Source: Neoechinorhynchus agilis
Lineage: Eukaryota > Animalia > Acanthocephala
Reading direction: 5' to 3'
DNA length: 64,000 nucleotides
Assembly (NCBI GenBank): GCA_051530055.1
Contig: CM121342.1
Coordinates: forward strand, 7,510,691 to 7,574,690
Each line of letters starts with the position of its first letter. Position 1 is the stretch's first letter. Under the pieces are notes generated by a model. It did not search any database and had not been told where the DNA came from. It saw only the letters and a list, made by a program, of their open reading frames with translations. The translations under genes were made by a program, and so were the position numbers. Positions 35,988-49,858 of this stretch are shown one piece after another.

Positions 35988-36377
35988 TTAGCAGCAACAT
36001 CCCAAACTGGAAGGACAGCAAGAGTAAGTATGATAGCTTCGATATGAGCACGGGTTAAAGCATGGTCCGCATCTGGAACAATGGCATCCACATGGTCTGT
36101 AGGAGCCACATCCACATGATCCACATCCACATAAGCCACTTCCGCATGAACCACATCCACATGATCCACATCCACATGAACCACATCCACATGGTCCACA
36201 TCCACATGATCCACTTCCACATGATCCACATCCACATGAACCACATCCACATGATCCACATCCACATGAACCACATCCACATGAATTACATCCACATGGT
36301 CCATAGCCGTGTCCATATGAAAATCCACATGGGTAAAAACCACAAGAGCAAGGGGAACAACCACAACCGCAGGTCAT
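35988..36377 (-). CDS. Small Cys/Gly-rich repeat protein (CGSCG repeats; metallothionein-like or structural/sperm-tail-like)
   Basis: 129-aa ORF from ATG 36377, [13 protein letters not shown]..., built on a 15-bp (5-codon) tandem unit at ~36105-36300. Confidence 0.7.
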   Translation of the reverse strand: MTCGCGCSPCSCGFYPCGFSYGHGYGPCGCNSCGCGSCGCGSCGCGSCGCGSCGSGSCGCGPCGCGSCGCGSCGCGSCGSGLCGCGSCGCGSYRPCGCHCSRCGPCFNPCSYRSYHTYSCCPSSLGCCC

Positions 36378-36784
36378 CTTGGTTAATGTATTGAAAGAGG
36401 AAAGTTGTTTAGTTTTTACAACGTTCAACAGAAACACTTGAGCACATATTTATTGAGAAAAGGTGACATCGATTGAATCGCACACTATGACTATTTCACA
36501 GATGAGTGCCTGTGTTCATTTCACTCTCTGTCTCGAAGAATGATTTCTTTCAAAAAAATTGAACTGAAACTCATTTCGTGTAGTGCAAATGACTAAGTAG
36601 CGCACAGTTTGTCATTCATAGAATTTGACAATGATCGCAATAATTATTCGAATTTATAACAATGAATCCAAGATTTTCCTTAAAATCTAATAAGAAAACA
36701 ATTTGGTTTTCAGATAAAATTTACGTTTATTAAGGTTGCGATGTGAGATAAGTTTAAAAATCAAGCTCAATCAGAAGAACAATT

Positions 36785-37000
36785 CTATAATCTTGTTATA
36801 CCAGAATCCGAGTAGAATCTAACTGATTTTACTCTCGATACAATCTCCCTGGCTTTGACGATCCCTTCAGTATTGTCCAACTGTGTAGCAGCAGATCTCA
36901 GATCAGTTATCTCGTCTATGTGCTTTTTCCCTTTCAAATGAGATAGGAGATTGTAGTAAGGAGCACTGCATTTTAATCTCGTCATGTCTCGAGGAAGCAT
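36785..37000 (-). CDS. Possible exon with a matrin/U1-type zinc-finger half (LLSHLKGKKH)
   Basis: Only the H.xGKKH-like motif and an open frame support this. Confidence 0.3.
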   Translation of the reverse strand: MLPRDMTRLKCSAPYYNLLSHLKGKKHIDEITDLRSAATQLDNTEGIVKAREIVSRVKSVRFYSDSGITRL

Positions 37001-37876
37001 CTTAAATTATACTTAATTTTCTGACGAAAGGAACGGATGGAACAGGTTAAAAGAGGTTTAAACTGCAAAAAAAACAACACCATTTACATCGTGGATTTTT
37101 AGTTTGATGGTTAATTCGTGACGATAAATTTGTGAACATTGACGCAAATGACTCAAATGTTCAGTTGTTTTCGATTCTGTATAGTTAGGGTGCTTTTGAA
37201 AATAATCGATTTTTCGCCATGAGTGATTCTTAATCCGATCTCGTTGTTGGAACGTAATTCGCGATTATTAAAAAATTGAACGGTTCAATCCTTTGTATGA
37301 GTCTTTTTTTCAATCTGGTTTTCATAAAATGTTTTATAAATTTTCGTTCGATTTCTTTTTATATTATCTTCCTAAACTTTATTCTCCGAGAACTGCAATC
37401 ATTGTAGCAGACGATTTTAATTGTTTTTATATAAAAAAATAGATTTTTTAAAGTTTTTATTTTTTTCAAACAAAAACTGCACTCATATTAATATACATTT
37501 TTAATTTTTTTTGATAAATCAAAAAAGAGTTCTTGAATTTTATCTTCATAAATGATAAAATGCACTTATTTTTTCAATGAAACAAACAGATTTTAGTTTC
37601 GTTATCCTTACAAATTTTATTACCTATCGCCATCAAATCCCTACACTTGAAATCTCACTTCGGTATAAGTAATACTTTGACTTTTTCAAGCCTAGACATA
37701 TTAATTGCGATTATTTAGTAATTCGCCAGGAATCTTATATACTGTAAGATTCAATTAAATTGAAAGTGCTCCAAGCGTTTTTTGAAAGCCTTTAAGTACC
37801 TATAAAGTAAGTATTTGATTAAGAAATTCATTGTCGAAAATACTGCATTCTAGAGATCATCTTTATTAACAACGAT

Positions 37877-38270
37877 TTACTCTACCAAGTTTGTATCTCT
37901 TACAACAATTAAATTGTATCCGTTCGATGACCGATTATAAACCGATCGATTTATTTTATACGTCTTTATTAAACCAGTGTCAGGTATACTAATTTGCATC
38001 TCTCCGAAAACAATAAAGTCATTCTGACTACCATCGTGCCACAATTTGATGTATTCGATTTCCCCTAAAACTGGAAGATAAAGATCAAATGCACTTTTTG
38101 TTTGTGGCTCAAAGGGTGGTGATCCATCGCTTGTTTGCATGAGAACTATTGAATCGCAATTCTTTGATTTTCCATAGATGCCCATATAGACGCGAACAAT
38201 TCTTGTACTTCCAAACCAACTGCATTCCAGTGTGTCCAAAGTGATTTTATAGAGAATATCGTCTTTATCG
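37877..38270 (-). CDS. Terminal exon encoding a PLAT/LH2 domain; upstream exons unresolved
   Basis: YKITLDT..WFGST...VYMGIYG...PFEP..KSAFDL....LGEIEYIKLWHDGS is a PLAT-domain pattern. Confidence 0.65.
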
Positions 38271-38744
38271 CCTTTAGAAATCTTTAAGTAATCAACAAAG
38301 TTCGTTTGCTCTTACTTGGGACATGAAAATGTACCAGGGCCAATGCGCTGATCGACTGAATAAATGAGCAATCAGTTTCTAGATTTAAGGTATAGATAGA
38401 GCTTCTTTGGCTATTTGTATTGTAAAATGTACGTCTTAAATCAAATCTGAAGTTAAAAAAGGTTAAAAGAATGCCTCTGCGGCGTTTGAAAACTCACTGT
38501 AAAGTAGATGATTTCGCCACATCACTTATTATTAAAGTTTTTAAGAACCACGAAGAACATTGGTTATCGAGTTCAACTGATAATACAAGCCTTTCGATCT
38601 TAAAATTGATGCTCAAAATTATAATGGATCTGACCAGAATTTAATGCCATTATTATATGACCGTCCGTGATAGAAAATTTCATTACCATTTGGAAGAAAT
38701 GATGATTAAATGGACTTTTCGAATAAAGCAATAAATAATAAAAA

Positions 38745-38900
38745 GGGAATTTTTCTTTTGGTAGTTATACTATCGTTCGGATTTAAATTCACTAATTAAT
38801 TTCCTCGATATTTCACCTCTCGAATTTTTCTTTTGGTAGTTATACTATCGTTTAGATTTAAATTCACTAATTAATTTCCCCGATATTTCACCGCTCATAT
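38745..38900. repeat. ~72-bp tandem duplication, with a dispersed relative at ~11095-11170
   Basis: aatttttcttttggtagttatactatcgtt..gatttaaattcactaattaatttcc.cgatatttcacc occurs twice in tandem. Confidence 0.8.
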
Positions 38901-41900
38901 AATTTCGATATTTCTTCAAGGTTTGCCATTTAAAACATGAACATTATAGCGTTATCCTGTAGACTAGATATTATTGGGCAATATTTGAGCCAAACTCGTG
39001 TTCCTAGACTCAAAGTCCATGTGAAACTCCAGCAAAAATGGTACCACTGCCTTTTCATTGGCGATTTCAAACCGATGTGTTGGCTATATTACCTTCCATC
39101 GGTTGAACTGAGCAGCCTATTTCGATAGCAATCATAAAACACGAACCGAAACTCATAAGCTTTAGACTTGGGCTATGGTATATTCAAAGATGTCGGTTCT
39201 GGAGTTCACGCCGATTTGTGCTCGCTTGAAGTGTTGAATCGTCTGATTCAATGGATCAGCGTTTCAAAGAGATATAGAAAGTGGAAAGATGAGGAAACGG
39301 TTCACTAAACTCAAAGAAAAAGCAAATCAATAATGGGAAATTATCATCGGCTTCACTCATGGATATTTTTGAGAAACCTCTAAATGACCATTTCATCAGT
39401 GACAACATTAGTAAGCGTCTTTTCCTCAGTTCCAACATGATTTAATTTATAATGGATGCCCTAATTGGACTGTTATTTCAATTTTGAATTCGTCTGAAAG
39501 TTTTCATGAACTCCGTTAAAAGAATAGACAATTTCAGTCACTAATAAGAAAAGTAAAATTGCAATTTGATTTTACTTGAGATGCGCCAGAAACTGACGGT
39601 GACTGTGAAAGTCTGTGAGTGTCGGAACAATAGCGACGACCTCATTTTCGACTTGCAATTTTTTTTATTAACCCATTAATCACCTATTTTTAAGTAGAAT
39701 TCATGTTTAAAAAGCCGATAAAATGAGCATTTCTAATTCATATTGTCCACAAATATAAGACAAATCACGTGAATTCCATAAGCGATTTTCGTCAAAAGAC
39801 AAAACTGACCTTATTTCTGATGCTTGAAACTTTTGGCAGGACATAAGTAGTTTTTGTGAGCGAATCGAGCCTTCTGATTTCCTTTACTTTACACGTCAAT
39901 TTTAGATTTCCTGTAGATTCGTCCTTGTCAATTAATCTCACATGTAACAATGGACGCAATGTTCGATCTGTTGGACTACTCTCAGGTTTCGAAATCCCCT
40001 TTGTTGTAAAATCGTAGCGGGCGTTTATGGCTAAACAGCAAATAAGTACACTGCAAATATGTGCCAAACTTAACTGGTTCCTGCGAGATTTTCAAATGTG
40101 ATGCCTTCAATCAAAAAAATCTTAATAAGTCCGTAAGCCAGAGATAAATTCCTACCGGAACATTTAAGATTATTTTCACTAGTCATCGTTGGTTTTCCTG
40201 TAAATGTTTCATTATTGGTCAAAATTGAGTTTACTTCTAGGCTAAATACGTGATTAAAGAAACGTTGAAATAATCAGTCTTATTGAATATAGGAAGCCAA
40301 AATTAAAGCACTAAGCTGTACTTTATGTTCTGTTCACTCTTATAATCACGTCCATAGAAAAAACAAATTGCAGCAATGACTTTGGGATTTGTTCGAATCC
40401 CTTGAATAATAAAGACTTTTAGCGGCGAATAAAACACTTTAATTCAATAAATAACAAAAGCACGTTTAACTCCCAAGTAAAAATTGCATTGCCAAACTCA
40501 AAAGATATTTTGAAAAACGCCTAATTTTTTATTCCACTCATGAAATCGGAACTAAAATAGTGACCGTTAATAAAAAAAAGCTCAGCTTTCAATATCGGTT
40601 GGCGGAATAATTAGAAAAAACAATCTAGATATAAGGCACGCAAAACATCTCCTATAAAATCAGGAAAATTAAAATATAACGGCAACACTCACATTGCTGT
40701 CAAGTGCGAAATTAGACTTTTCAGCACAATTTTTCGGCATGACCACAATATACCGTTCCCAGTACAATGCCAAATATCCACTTGCACTATCTGACTGTTT
40801 ACTGAAAGTATTTAAAGAGCAAAAAGCTGATTACCTCGCCGATGTCCTCCAGATCTGGCACGATGAACGTCGTTCGTGAATTCGAATCAAAGGCGTTTTT
40901 CGTCATTCTTGCCAATGCATTCGGAAGCCGGACAAAGAAACTCTCATTTAATCTATTCGTTGCTACTAGACATATGCATCTTTTATTATATTTAAGGAGA
41001 CCTTCCTTCCCAGATTCAACATCGATCAAGTACCCATTTAAACAATCTGGTTGTTCGCCTTGGTTAGTTATGATCGCTAAGTCGTTTAAATTAACTAGTT
41101 ACAACAATATTTACCAGAAATAATAGCTGCCAAATTTAACTCTTCAGTATTAAAAACATTTGCTTCTTGGCTATTCTGCTCTTCGCCCATAATATCTTGA
41201 ATATTATCGGACATTTTTAGACTCTAAAGTTCGGCACAGATCCGACTGTTGGTTTCCATGGAATCGATTTCTTACATACATGAATTTCTATATTTTTATC
41301 AGCTTTCAAATAGTATACAACGTAATTTATTTAATAAACAATGCTATGATTTTTACGCGTTGGTTAAAGCTCCTGAATGCGCACAAATTTAAATCATGAT
41401 ATCAATAATAAACAATTATATTGGAATTGCAATTTGTTATCAGAAAATGCAGCACAAAATTGGTGCTACTTAATTGTGTTAATTCTAATCTTCTGCAAAA
41501 GTACGAAGCTGCTTCAACGGAAATATCCTATAATTTGCCTAAAAAGTTTCTATAAAGATAATGCATGAAACACAATTTTTAAGGACCATCAATTTTTTTC
41601 CTTAAAAGTCGAGTAACGCCACTCAAAACTTATTTTGCCGAAGGACGATTGTATCATTAAAAAAACATGGGATTGTTTTTTTCTAGAATTAGTGAATTTT
41701 TAAAATCGCTACTTACAAGCGTTTGAGGGTGTGAAAGATAAGGAAAGCAAGCAAGATAAACAATCAGTCTCAATCCGATTAAAGTTTTTCCATAAAACTG
41801 TTATTTAAATGGACGATTTGTAGGTATTTTTTCATTAGATTTTCTCAAGAAATCTGCGACTAATTTCGCGGACTAATTTTTTTAAATAAAATTAAATCCT

Positions 41901-43269
41901 TTTTAGTCCTTAGTTAGATAACCGAGTTCAAAATGAAGGCTTTATGATCAAACTGCTTCCTGTGATTCCATTAATTCGATGCTTCAATGTCACTTCATAG
42001 TTCATAGCTTAAACGATATTTCTTCAACTAAGAATTCGACGAAGGAACTCCTTAAATTATCGGTATAGAATCCTATTTTCAAATTTGTTTTGGACATCGA
42101 TTTCCGATTCTAGATTTCGCGATCGCGCCCTGTAGTATTCGTGTAGTAAATTGATCTTCTTTAAAATATGTGATAACACAATCGTAGGAACTCTAAGTAA
42201 TAGATTTTTAAAATATTTATATCTAACACAAGGCGATTTAATTGTACAACAAGCGAAATAAGCATTAAACAATTGAAGGCACGCTATTGATTTCTTCATC
42301 ACTTAACAGCAGTCAATGACCTTTAAAAGCATTGTTAAATGCACAACGCTGAACAATTTCAAGGTTTTAAAATTTAAAACATCAATGGCAAACAGGATGC
42401 TATCGAACAGGAAAATGGTATAAGGTTTTAATGCACATCTTCACGAAATTCCAACTATTGGACGAGTGCTCTTCTACCTGAGTGCCCTTTTCATAGATCC
42501 TTTGAATGTTGTAAATGTTTTTAAAGGTACTAAAAAGATTTGCATCTACGATAATTCAAACGAACAATTGGATTTGAACAATCTATATGAAAGATGTTCA
42601 ATACAAAAAAGGGATTGATGGTGCGTTACAGAAACAGTGATTCCATGACACTTTTTCGCAAACGTAGAAACACTGATGGAATTTCGATATATCAGGAAAA
42701 GTGCATTAAAGGCCCAGGATTCGCATAGCCTGTTGCACAGAAATGCCAACTGTAGTGTATTTCCCGCGTACCGTGAGATGCTTTTGAGTTGGTCCCATAA
42801 AAAAAGAATGAAGCTTGTTTTCTGGAATTCCGGTTTAGAAAAGTTCATTAACAGCTGCAGAATCTCAATTTCTCAGAAGATTGAATTTCGCTTTATCCGA
42901 AACTGCTCGATTTACACCGATTATTAATGCACTCGTTGAAAACGTTCCAATGTTCGAATAAACAACAATATTATTTCTAACGGAATTTCTTCAGACAGGG
43001 ACGTGAGGTTTCATGTCTCCCATTTCGGCAGCACGGCTGGAACACAGACTAGGGATCATTTATCAGAACAGAATATTTTTATTCGGTTGATTTGACAGCG
43101 CAGGATTGACTAGAAACAACTTATATAAGAAGTGTCGGACTTGTCTAAGGAAGTTTTTTCGTATTTTAGAACCATGCTTTGTACCACTTCCTCTACGTGA
43201 ACGAATATGGTCCTTAAGAAATTCCTTTGACGACTGTGAAGGTCTCTACTGCTTAGAATAATATCCTGA

Positions 43270-43425
43270 TGACTCCTGCATTAGACGTACCTTCCGGTGC
43301 CAAGGAGAAAGTTGTCTTGGTGCACTTAGACTACGTCTCCTAAAGAGTCCTAAGAATTAGATATCTCAAGGATGTGTTCTCCACAAGGAAGCCATTAAAT
43401 TTACTCTTGGGCGACCTCCTATAGA
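43270..43425 (+). mobile_element. Possible gypsy RT remnant
   Basis: ALDVPSGAKEKVVLVHLDY...IRYLKDVFSTRKPLNLLL loosely resembles the gypsy RT thumb ending PL..LL. Confidence 0.3.
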
Positions 43426-46400
43426 TATGATCACTTTGAAAATACAAAACGGATTTTTGTTTGAAATAAGTACCGCTTCTTTAAAACTATTCTTGGACAA
43501 ATCGTTCAATCTCAATGGAAGATTAAATTCAGTGATATCGACTTGCCTTGCTGATTATCGAAAAGATAAGTATTTTGTCTTGATTTAAATAACAATCTAA
43601 TCTCTTACGCAAAAGCATTTTGTCAAATTTGGTTTTGGTTGATCGATAAATACAGGTAAATGCATTAATGATTTTGTCTTTTATAGACCTTATCAATCGT
43701 CCCAAATATTTCCGTATTGCTAGAAATGTCATTGACCGTAAATCCAAAAAACCGAACTACCGACTTAACTTGGAAAATCGCGTTTTTTTATTGGCTTACT
43801 CAGACGTTTTTGTTACATCTTGGGAAAGAAAATCACACCGTCCTTGAAATCTCAAGGTTGCAAGACCTACTTTTAAGAACAGTTTTCGTGAATGGAGGAA
43901 AAATCTCTAAAAAAACTTTCTCCATCGTGGAAACATTCTCTGTGGTCTCCATGAATCACAACTCGTTTGAATGGATTATTCCGAAGCGATCTAAAGGTTT
44001 TCACGTTTTTCGATACTATCAAAATCTGCTAACGAAATCTAATTTTATCTACGTCGTCCTTTAAGTCGTCTTTTAGAACTCACATCAGATTAAAGAAAAA
44101 TATTAACACTTTTTTAAATTTGACGTATATTTTCAGTGTATCACACAGATTAAATTTCAATTTGATGTTTCCAGACTTCAAGAATTTGGAAATCCCATTA
44201 CCGTCAGTTTTGATCACCCTTTTGCTCATCAAGGTTTAAATTTACGATTGCGTAGCGGCCAGCCACACACACACATTAGCTGTTTTTCGGTTTTGTGAAA
44301 TTCAGGCACTATTTGGGATTTGAATTTCCTAAAAGTGCTAATAAAAAGTAATTAGATTTTTATTTTCACGCAAATTAGTTATCGCCTTGCATATTCTAGG
44401 CACTCTAAGATGATTTTTGCACTCGATGGGATCTAAAGCAATTATTTTAGAACAAAATTAAATTAGTAATGTTATTGCCTTGCTAATGATGCAATCTGCA
44501 CAAATATTATTGGCTTCACACTACATTTCTTTCTAAAAAACAAGCTTGGATGTTCGATTTTAAAATCAACATTCATGAATTTTGGGTTCATAATTGAAAA
44601 ACGAAAACAATTTCTTACTTTGTGGCACCAAATGGTTGCTATTTTGTGATGGAACGAAAAACTGAGTGTCCTCTGCAGGTACATCGCATCCGCCTCTTAG
44701 CGATTGCCTCCTTGATCGGCTCGACAGCAAACAGCTTTCGCAACTTATATTAAATTTGATTTAAAGACGTAAATTTTTCATCCATCAAGTAAATAAGGCG
44801 GAAAATCGTCTATAAAGAAGTTATTCCTTTTTATGTTCCCTTAAACTTTGTAACAATAAGAGCGACGGCAGAGACTCCGGTAACTGGATCAGACTTGCCT
44901 GTTTCAATTTTGACCCAAATGTTGTCTGTCTGTTACTAGTTTATTATTTATAATGTATTTATTAATAGTTGCCTGCACAAACACTTCATAAGTCACTTAT
45001 GATAGTCTGCGAAAACCATAAAATGATACCTTAGAGGAAACTTTAATGATATTTGCTTTTTCAGGAGTATTCAGTATCTAATAGTAGAAATTCCAACGTC
45101 CATCGTACAACAAATTAAGAAGATCGCAGAGTAATTCTGTGAGTCTTATACTTTGCAGCAACCCGAAAAATGCTGTTTCCACAGCACTTGAAATGCTAGA
45201 AGTGCGTAGTGTATATACGAAAATTTAACAGCCTCTTGAGTCGAGAGGAATCTTATTTTGAAAATGTTTGAAACCTCTCACATTTCAAATTAACATCAAT
45301 TTTCGAGTCAAATATTTAACTAGATACCATTGTTAAAATAACAAATATTTAACCTGCACTTCTTTTTAATTGGCGGAATCTGACTCATATAGTCGTTTTA
45401 ATCGTAAATTATTTAACATTTTTAATGAGAAAATGTCCCTTCTACAAAACAATAGTTAACTCAAATACAATTCTTGAATTATAAGCCTTTAGAAAATCGA
45501 CTTTTTGTATACAAAATTTTACCAGGCGGATAACTGTGGATTTTCTAAAATGGTTTCTATGCACCATCGATATTATTATGCCTCCAAGGTTCTTATGGTG
45601 ATAGAACACTTGGACTGAAATTATGTTCGACGAATTTGAAATCACCAATGAAAGCTTCTTTTTAGATGGAAGCCTTTTTAGGAACGCTTTTCTAGCCTTC
45701 CTTTACATTTGACGAACGGTTGACTGTTAGACAACTACATTTCTCACCTGAGCTAAGGTAAAAGAAGGGCAAAATGCAATAGTTAATGGTTTTTCAGAAC
45801 TCGGCACTAATAATTGTCACTTATGAGCATTGAAGAAATTTTTATTTGATAACACAAAAACCCAACTAAATTTATGCGCAATTTTATCTCTCAATGCACC
45901 GCTGGCATATGCGCTTCCCCTTGACTTATGAAAATGAAAGATTAATGATCCTGGGGAACTAGGTCGTTTTTCTAAGGCATTATCTCGGTAAATATTACAC
46001 CGTAAGTTCGCTTTTTCTGGCATATTTGTTTGCCATTATTAAAGCATCGATAATATAAAGAAAAACGTTTGTCACAACAACCTGGCTAACTTCATCGCTG
46101 ATTCTGCTTAAGATCCATTAAGGTAAATTTTTAAGTAGCCATTAACACGTGCATGATAATTCGATTGCATTGACGGTTTTTATTTTCCAAAGATCTTCTC
46201 AAGGGTATTTTCTGAATTTTTTTGAAAATCAATGGTCTTTTTTGTAGGAGCAAATCAAATAAACAGGATTTTTATTGTCCTAACCAGGTAGTCGCTTATT
46301 AGTTATCCTTTTGCATTGGATAAGTTAATGTTCAATTTTTGGATGACAAAGTATAATTATGTCTCGGTTCGTTAAGATCAATATTTGTTTCATCTCAAAA

Positions 46401-47825
46401 TCCTTTTCTGCATTTTAGAGAAGTGACAAAATCATGGAATTTTTCATTCCGTGCTAAATTTAAACGACTAAAAAGTTTGTCCAACGTCTATGTTTGTGGA
46501 AGATTTAACCAAACCCATCTTGTTACTCCCCTCACAATCGCAAGGAATCATTCCCTTGATATTGCTGACATTGATAAATGAGCAAGATTTTTAGAATGTC
46601 AAATGAAATCAGTCTTAGTTTAACGTTTTACATTAAAAATGCTATTATGGTCGTTCTTAGTATTAATCCTTTATCCTACATCAACCTTGAGAATCTTTTA
46701 AAGCTTAAAAGGACGCATATAACAACATAAATCAATTTAGTGCACTTTTCATGCAACATTTATAACGAACAATCTCTTCAAAACGTACTATGATTGATTT
46801 ATTGTTAATCCGATGACTTTGTGTTATCTCTGTTGAATGTCAAGCTACGTTCACATTTGAGCAGCCCTAAATGTGCAATTTGTGATGACCTTCAAGCTAA
46901 CGAAAATACACCAAATGCACCAAACAATTTAAAAGCTGATTAAGATCTGTGTATAAGTACTCTTAAGAGCGAGTAATAGATTTACGTGGTACGATAATCA
47001 ATAAGACTGTTGATTTTGCTGATTATAGAAATCTTCAACCTTTTTTTGAAAGAGCGTCTGTGTACTATTTGAACCAGCAACGTTCTACTTCAACAATTTC
47101 TTTTAGTTTAACTGAACCAAAATCTACCCGAAATACATTGATTTTTTTCTTATAGACGTTTTGGACCTTGTCGGATTCATTATCAGTTTGTTAGTTATTA
47201 AAAGACGCTTAAACCCGATGAGGTTCGCAGAATGCCTTTAATAAAAAAATTATTTACCGTTTGAACATCTAAATAACACTTCTAATCATATAACCATCTT
47301 TTAATAGTGAGTATTTTGTCAAATATTTTAGAAATTTTCAATATTTTGGTTGTTTTTCACAAACGCCAAAGCGCTGGATTTGGGTTTCACGCGACTAATG
47401 GAACCAATTAGCTTCCGTATTTGCCTAGTCCACTTTAAATTGACTCTTGTGCTTCTGCTGACATATTAGTGCCGTCTTCCACATGGATACATTACGTTCT
47501 TCGACGCTTAAATGTCATACTGCTAAATGTTGGGGTGATGTGGCATTCCTTGTCATAGAATACTGTTACTGTATCGAATGATAAGGGCGTTTGAGTCAAT
47601 GAAACGTTGTGACACTTTATGATCACGAATTGTTTTCAATGAGTCAACAAGTAGACTCATTAAATCGAGCATGACTTGTTTAAACTCGTTGGATTAGTTA
47701 AAATTTGGCTTAAAAATTTCGTATGTCTTTTTTTCTAATTACAAACCGGGGTTTTAATCGAACCCATAACCACACATAAATTTAAGTCTTTTTTGCTTAC
47801 TTTTTTTAGCATTGAACTATTCATA

Positions 47826-47956
47826 CTTGTTTATGGCGGAGAAATTAAAGGAATTTTGGTTAAATCCGATTGATTTCGCAGGCACAATCTTGTACGCGTT
47901 TATCAAGGTGAAATATCGAATTTAATAAATTCCTTTAATTTTCCGCCATAAACAAG
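47826..47956. mobile_element. MITE-like element, ~30-bp terminal inverted repeats
   Basis: cttgtttatggcggagaaattaaaggaattt (47826-47856) vs aaattcctttaattttccgccataaacaag (47927-47956). Confidence 0.7.
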
Positions 47957-48062
47957 CAACCTTAAATGCGTCTTTCTCCTAACAGCTCGATATTTGCAAG
48001 ATGAATTACAACTAAAAGTTGCGACAGGTCCGCCTATGCTTCAGACCGCATGATTGATCAAA

Positions 48063-48162
48063 TTTTGTTTTCGAAAATGGACACTTGGGAGGAGGCTGTT
48101 GTCATGATAAAGAAAATCTTTATTTCCGAGCCCCTGTCAAATGTCCATTCTCGAAAACAAAA
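48063..48162. repeat. 25-bp inverted repeat (MITE-like)
   Basis: ttttgttttcgaaaatggacacttg vs the reverse complement of caaatgtccattctcgaaaacaaaa. Confidence 0.7.
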
Positions 48163-48519
48163 CTTGAACTTCTTCTACGGGGAAGGTGTTTTGCTCCATG
48201 TTTAACCCGGAATTGCGATGATTTATGACAGGAGGCAACCTGGGAACCATCAACGTATAAACCATCTCGAAATATCCGCGAAACTTCTGTTGTTCAACAA
48301 AACGCGGAAAATAACAGCGAGTAATTAGATTTTCCGCCCTTTATTTCAAGCGATCCTTGATCTCCTCATCCGAATATGATCTAAACTACCTTCTGTATCT
48401 TCACTAACATCACAGCCAATCTGATTAGACCTAAAGTGCATTACATGCCACGCAGCCTCTTGTTCCCATTTGAAAGGCGACGCCTAACCCACATCGTGTT
48501 TCCATGGTAACCCCTTTAT

Positions 48520-49858
48520 GTGAACCGTCTATTTCAGATTGTTCATCAAATAGTGCCGATGAATGCTAAAGCGAATACGTCGGGTGCTTTGGACGAACGG
48601 GTTAGTTCGGATACCATAGTTCGAATTCGTGTGTACGATATTGCTCCATCGCGTTTAAACCGGATTTTGTCCAACTGTGGAGCCGGTGGAATATACCACT
48701 CGTCGGTGACTGTGTACGGAAAGGAGTGGACATTTCTTGGACATCCGTTCAAGTTCTCCGGAATTTTCTATCAGCCGGACAATTCACCACCAACAATGGA
48801 CACCACCAATGCAACAACTAATCGAACAGATACTTCTAATGGACCCGCCGATAGGCTGGAGACTGGAATGACTTTATCAAATGTCATTAGTCTTGGTCAA
48901 ACTAATTTAAATACTCAACAAGTGCACGATGTGGTTGTTTCGCTGGGACAGAACGGAGGATTCCGCGGATGCGATTATCATCTTGTTCGGAATAACTGTA
49001 ATCATTTCAGTCAGGTGTTTGTAGGCAATGGGATTCTAAATTTGCATAGATATTCTCTTTAACACAGAATCCGCATCGCTCTAAACAAATTATTAAGTTC
49101 GGAAGTAGAAAAACAAAATGCACGGAGATCGATTGGCTGTATAAGCAGAAGTAAATCATCGCCGCCTCCTTTCCCTTCGTGGATCAACCGACTCGCTAGA
49201 ATATGTCGTCATCTCCCTTTCATTGATTTTGTTGTTTCTGAAAAACAACAACGGAGTCAATTCGTCGTGGAAACACTTTAGACCACAGGCTCCTGTTGGT
49301 TTTGCTTCTTTTCAGGAACCAATGGTACATGTGATTCTTCACGGCGATATTCAATTGACCCTCACTCTTCTTGGCGGAAATGAATATTGCTCTATCGAAG
49401 AAATTGAACAAAGTGTAGAAGAGGGAGTCCGAGCTGCACGAATCCCAGGATGTCTTCCTTTCTATCCAATTATAAGATCGCCTAAAGATCACGAAAAAAT
49501 CAGACAATTCTTCAATTTAACAGTTTCGCCCTTGGCTTCAGCTGATCAGGGAACTTTGACAATCAATCGGATTGCTATGCTGGCTGACAGTGCTTACAGT
49601 TCTGCTTGGCTCTTGTTTGATTTCATAAAAGAAATGGACGATATAGGCTGCAATATCAGTGCTCCGAAGCGGGTGTTAAATGAGTTACGAAGCTTTGCTG
49701 GTACGCTTAGTAGGGCGACTATAATCACTCGTAACGCTGATCAGGTTGATATTTCAAGCGAAGAAGATGAAGACAGTTGTTGCGCTTTCGATACTTCGAG
49801 TGATTTGGTTAGGCTTGGATCCTTGGATCAGGATGAAGGACCATCGATGACATTCTGA
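48520..49858 (+). CDS. DESI2: DeSI/PPPDE peptidase (DESI2-like) with a C-terminal extension, multi-exon
   Basis: VRIRVYDI, GIYHSSVTVYGKEWTF.GHP, FRGCDYHLVRNNCNHFS and, in the next exon, FPSWINRLARI. Probably continues into ORF 49223-49858 through a short intron. Confidence 0.8.

Noticed and set aside
35972-36394. His-rich, Trp/Met-rich and Val/Asp/His-rich ORFs as separate genes
   Set aside because: They are alternative frames of the same stop-free minisatellite; only the Cys frame has coherent unique flanks.
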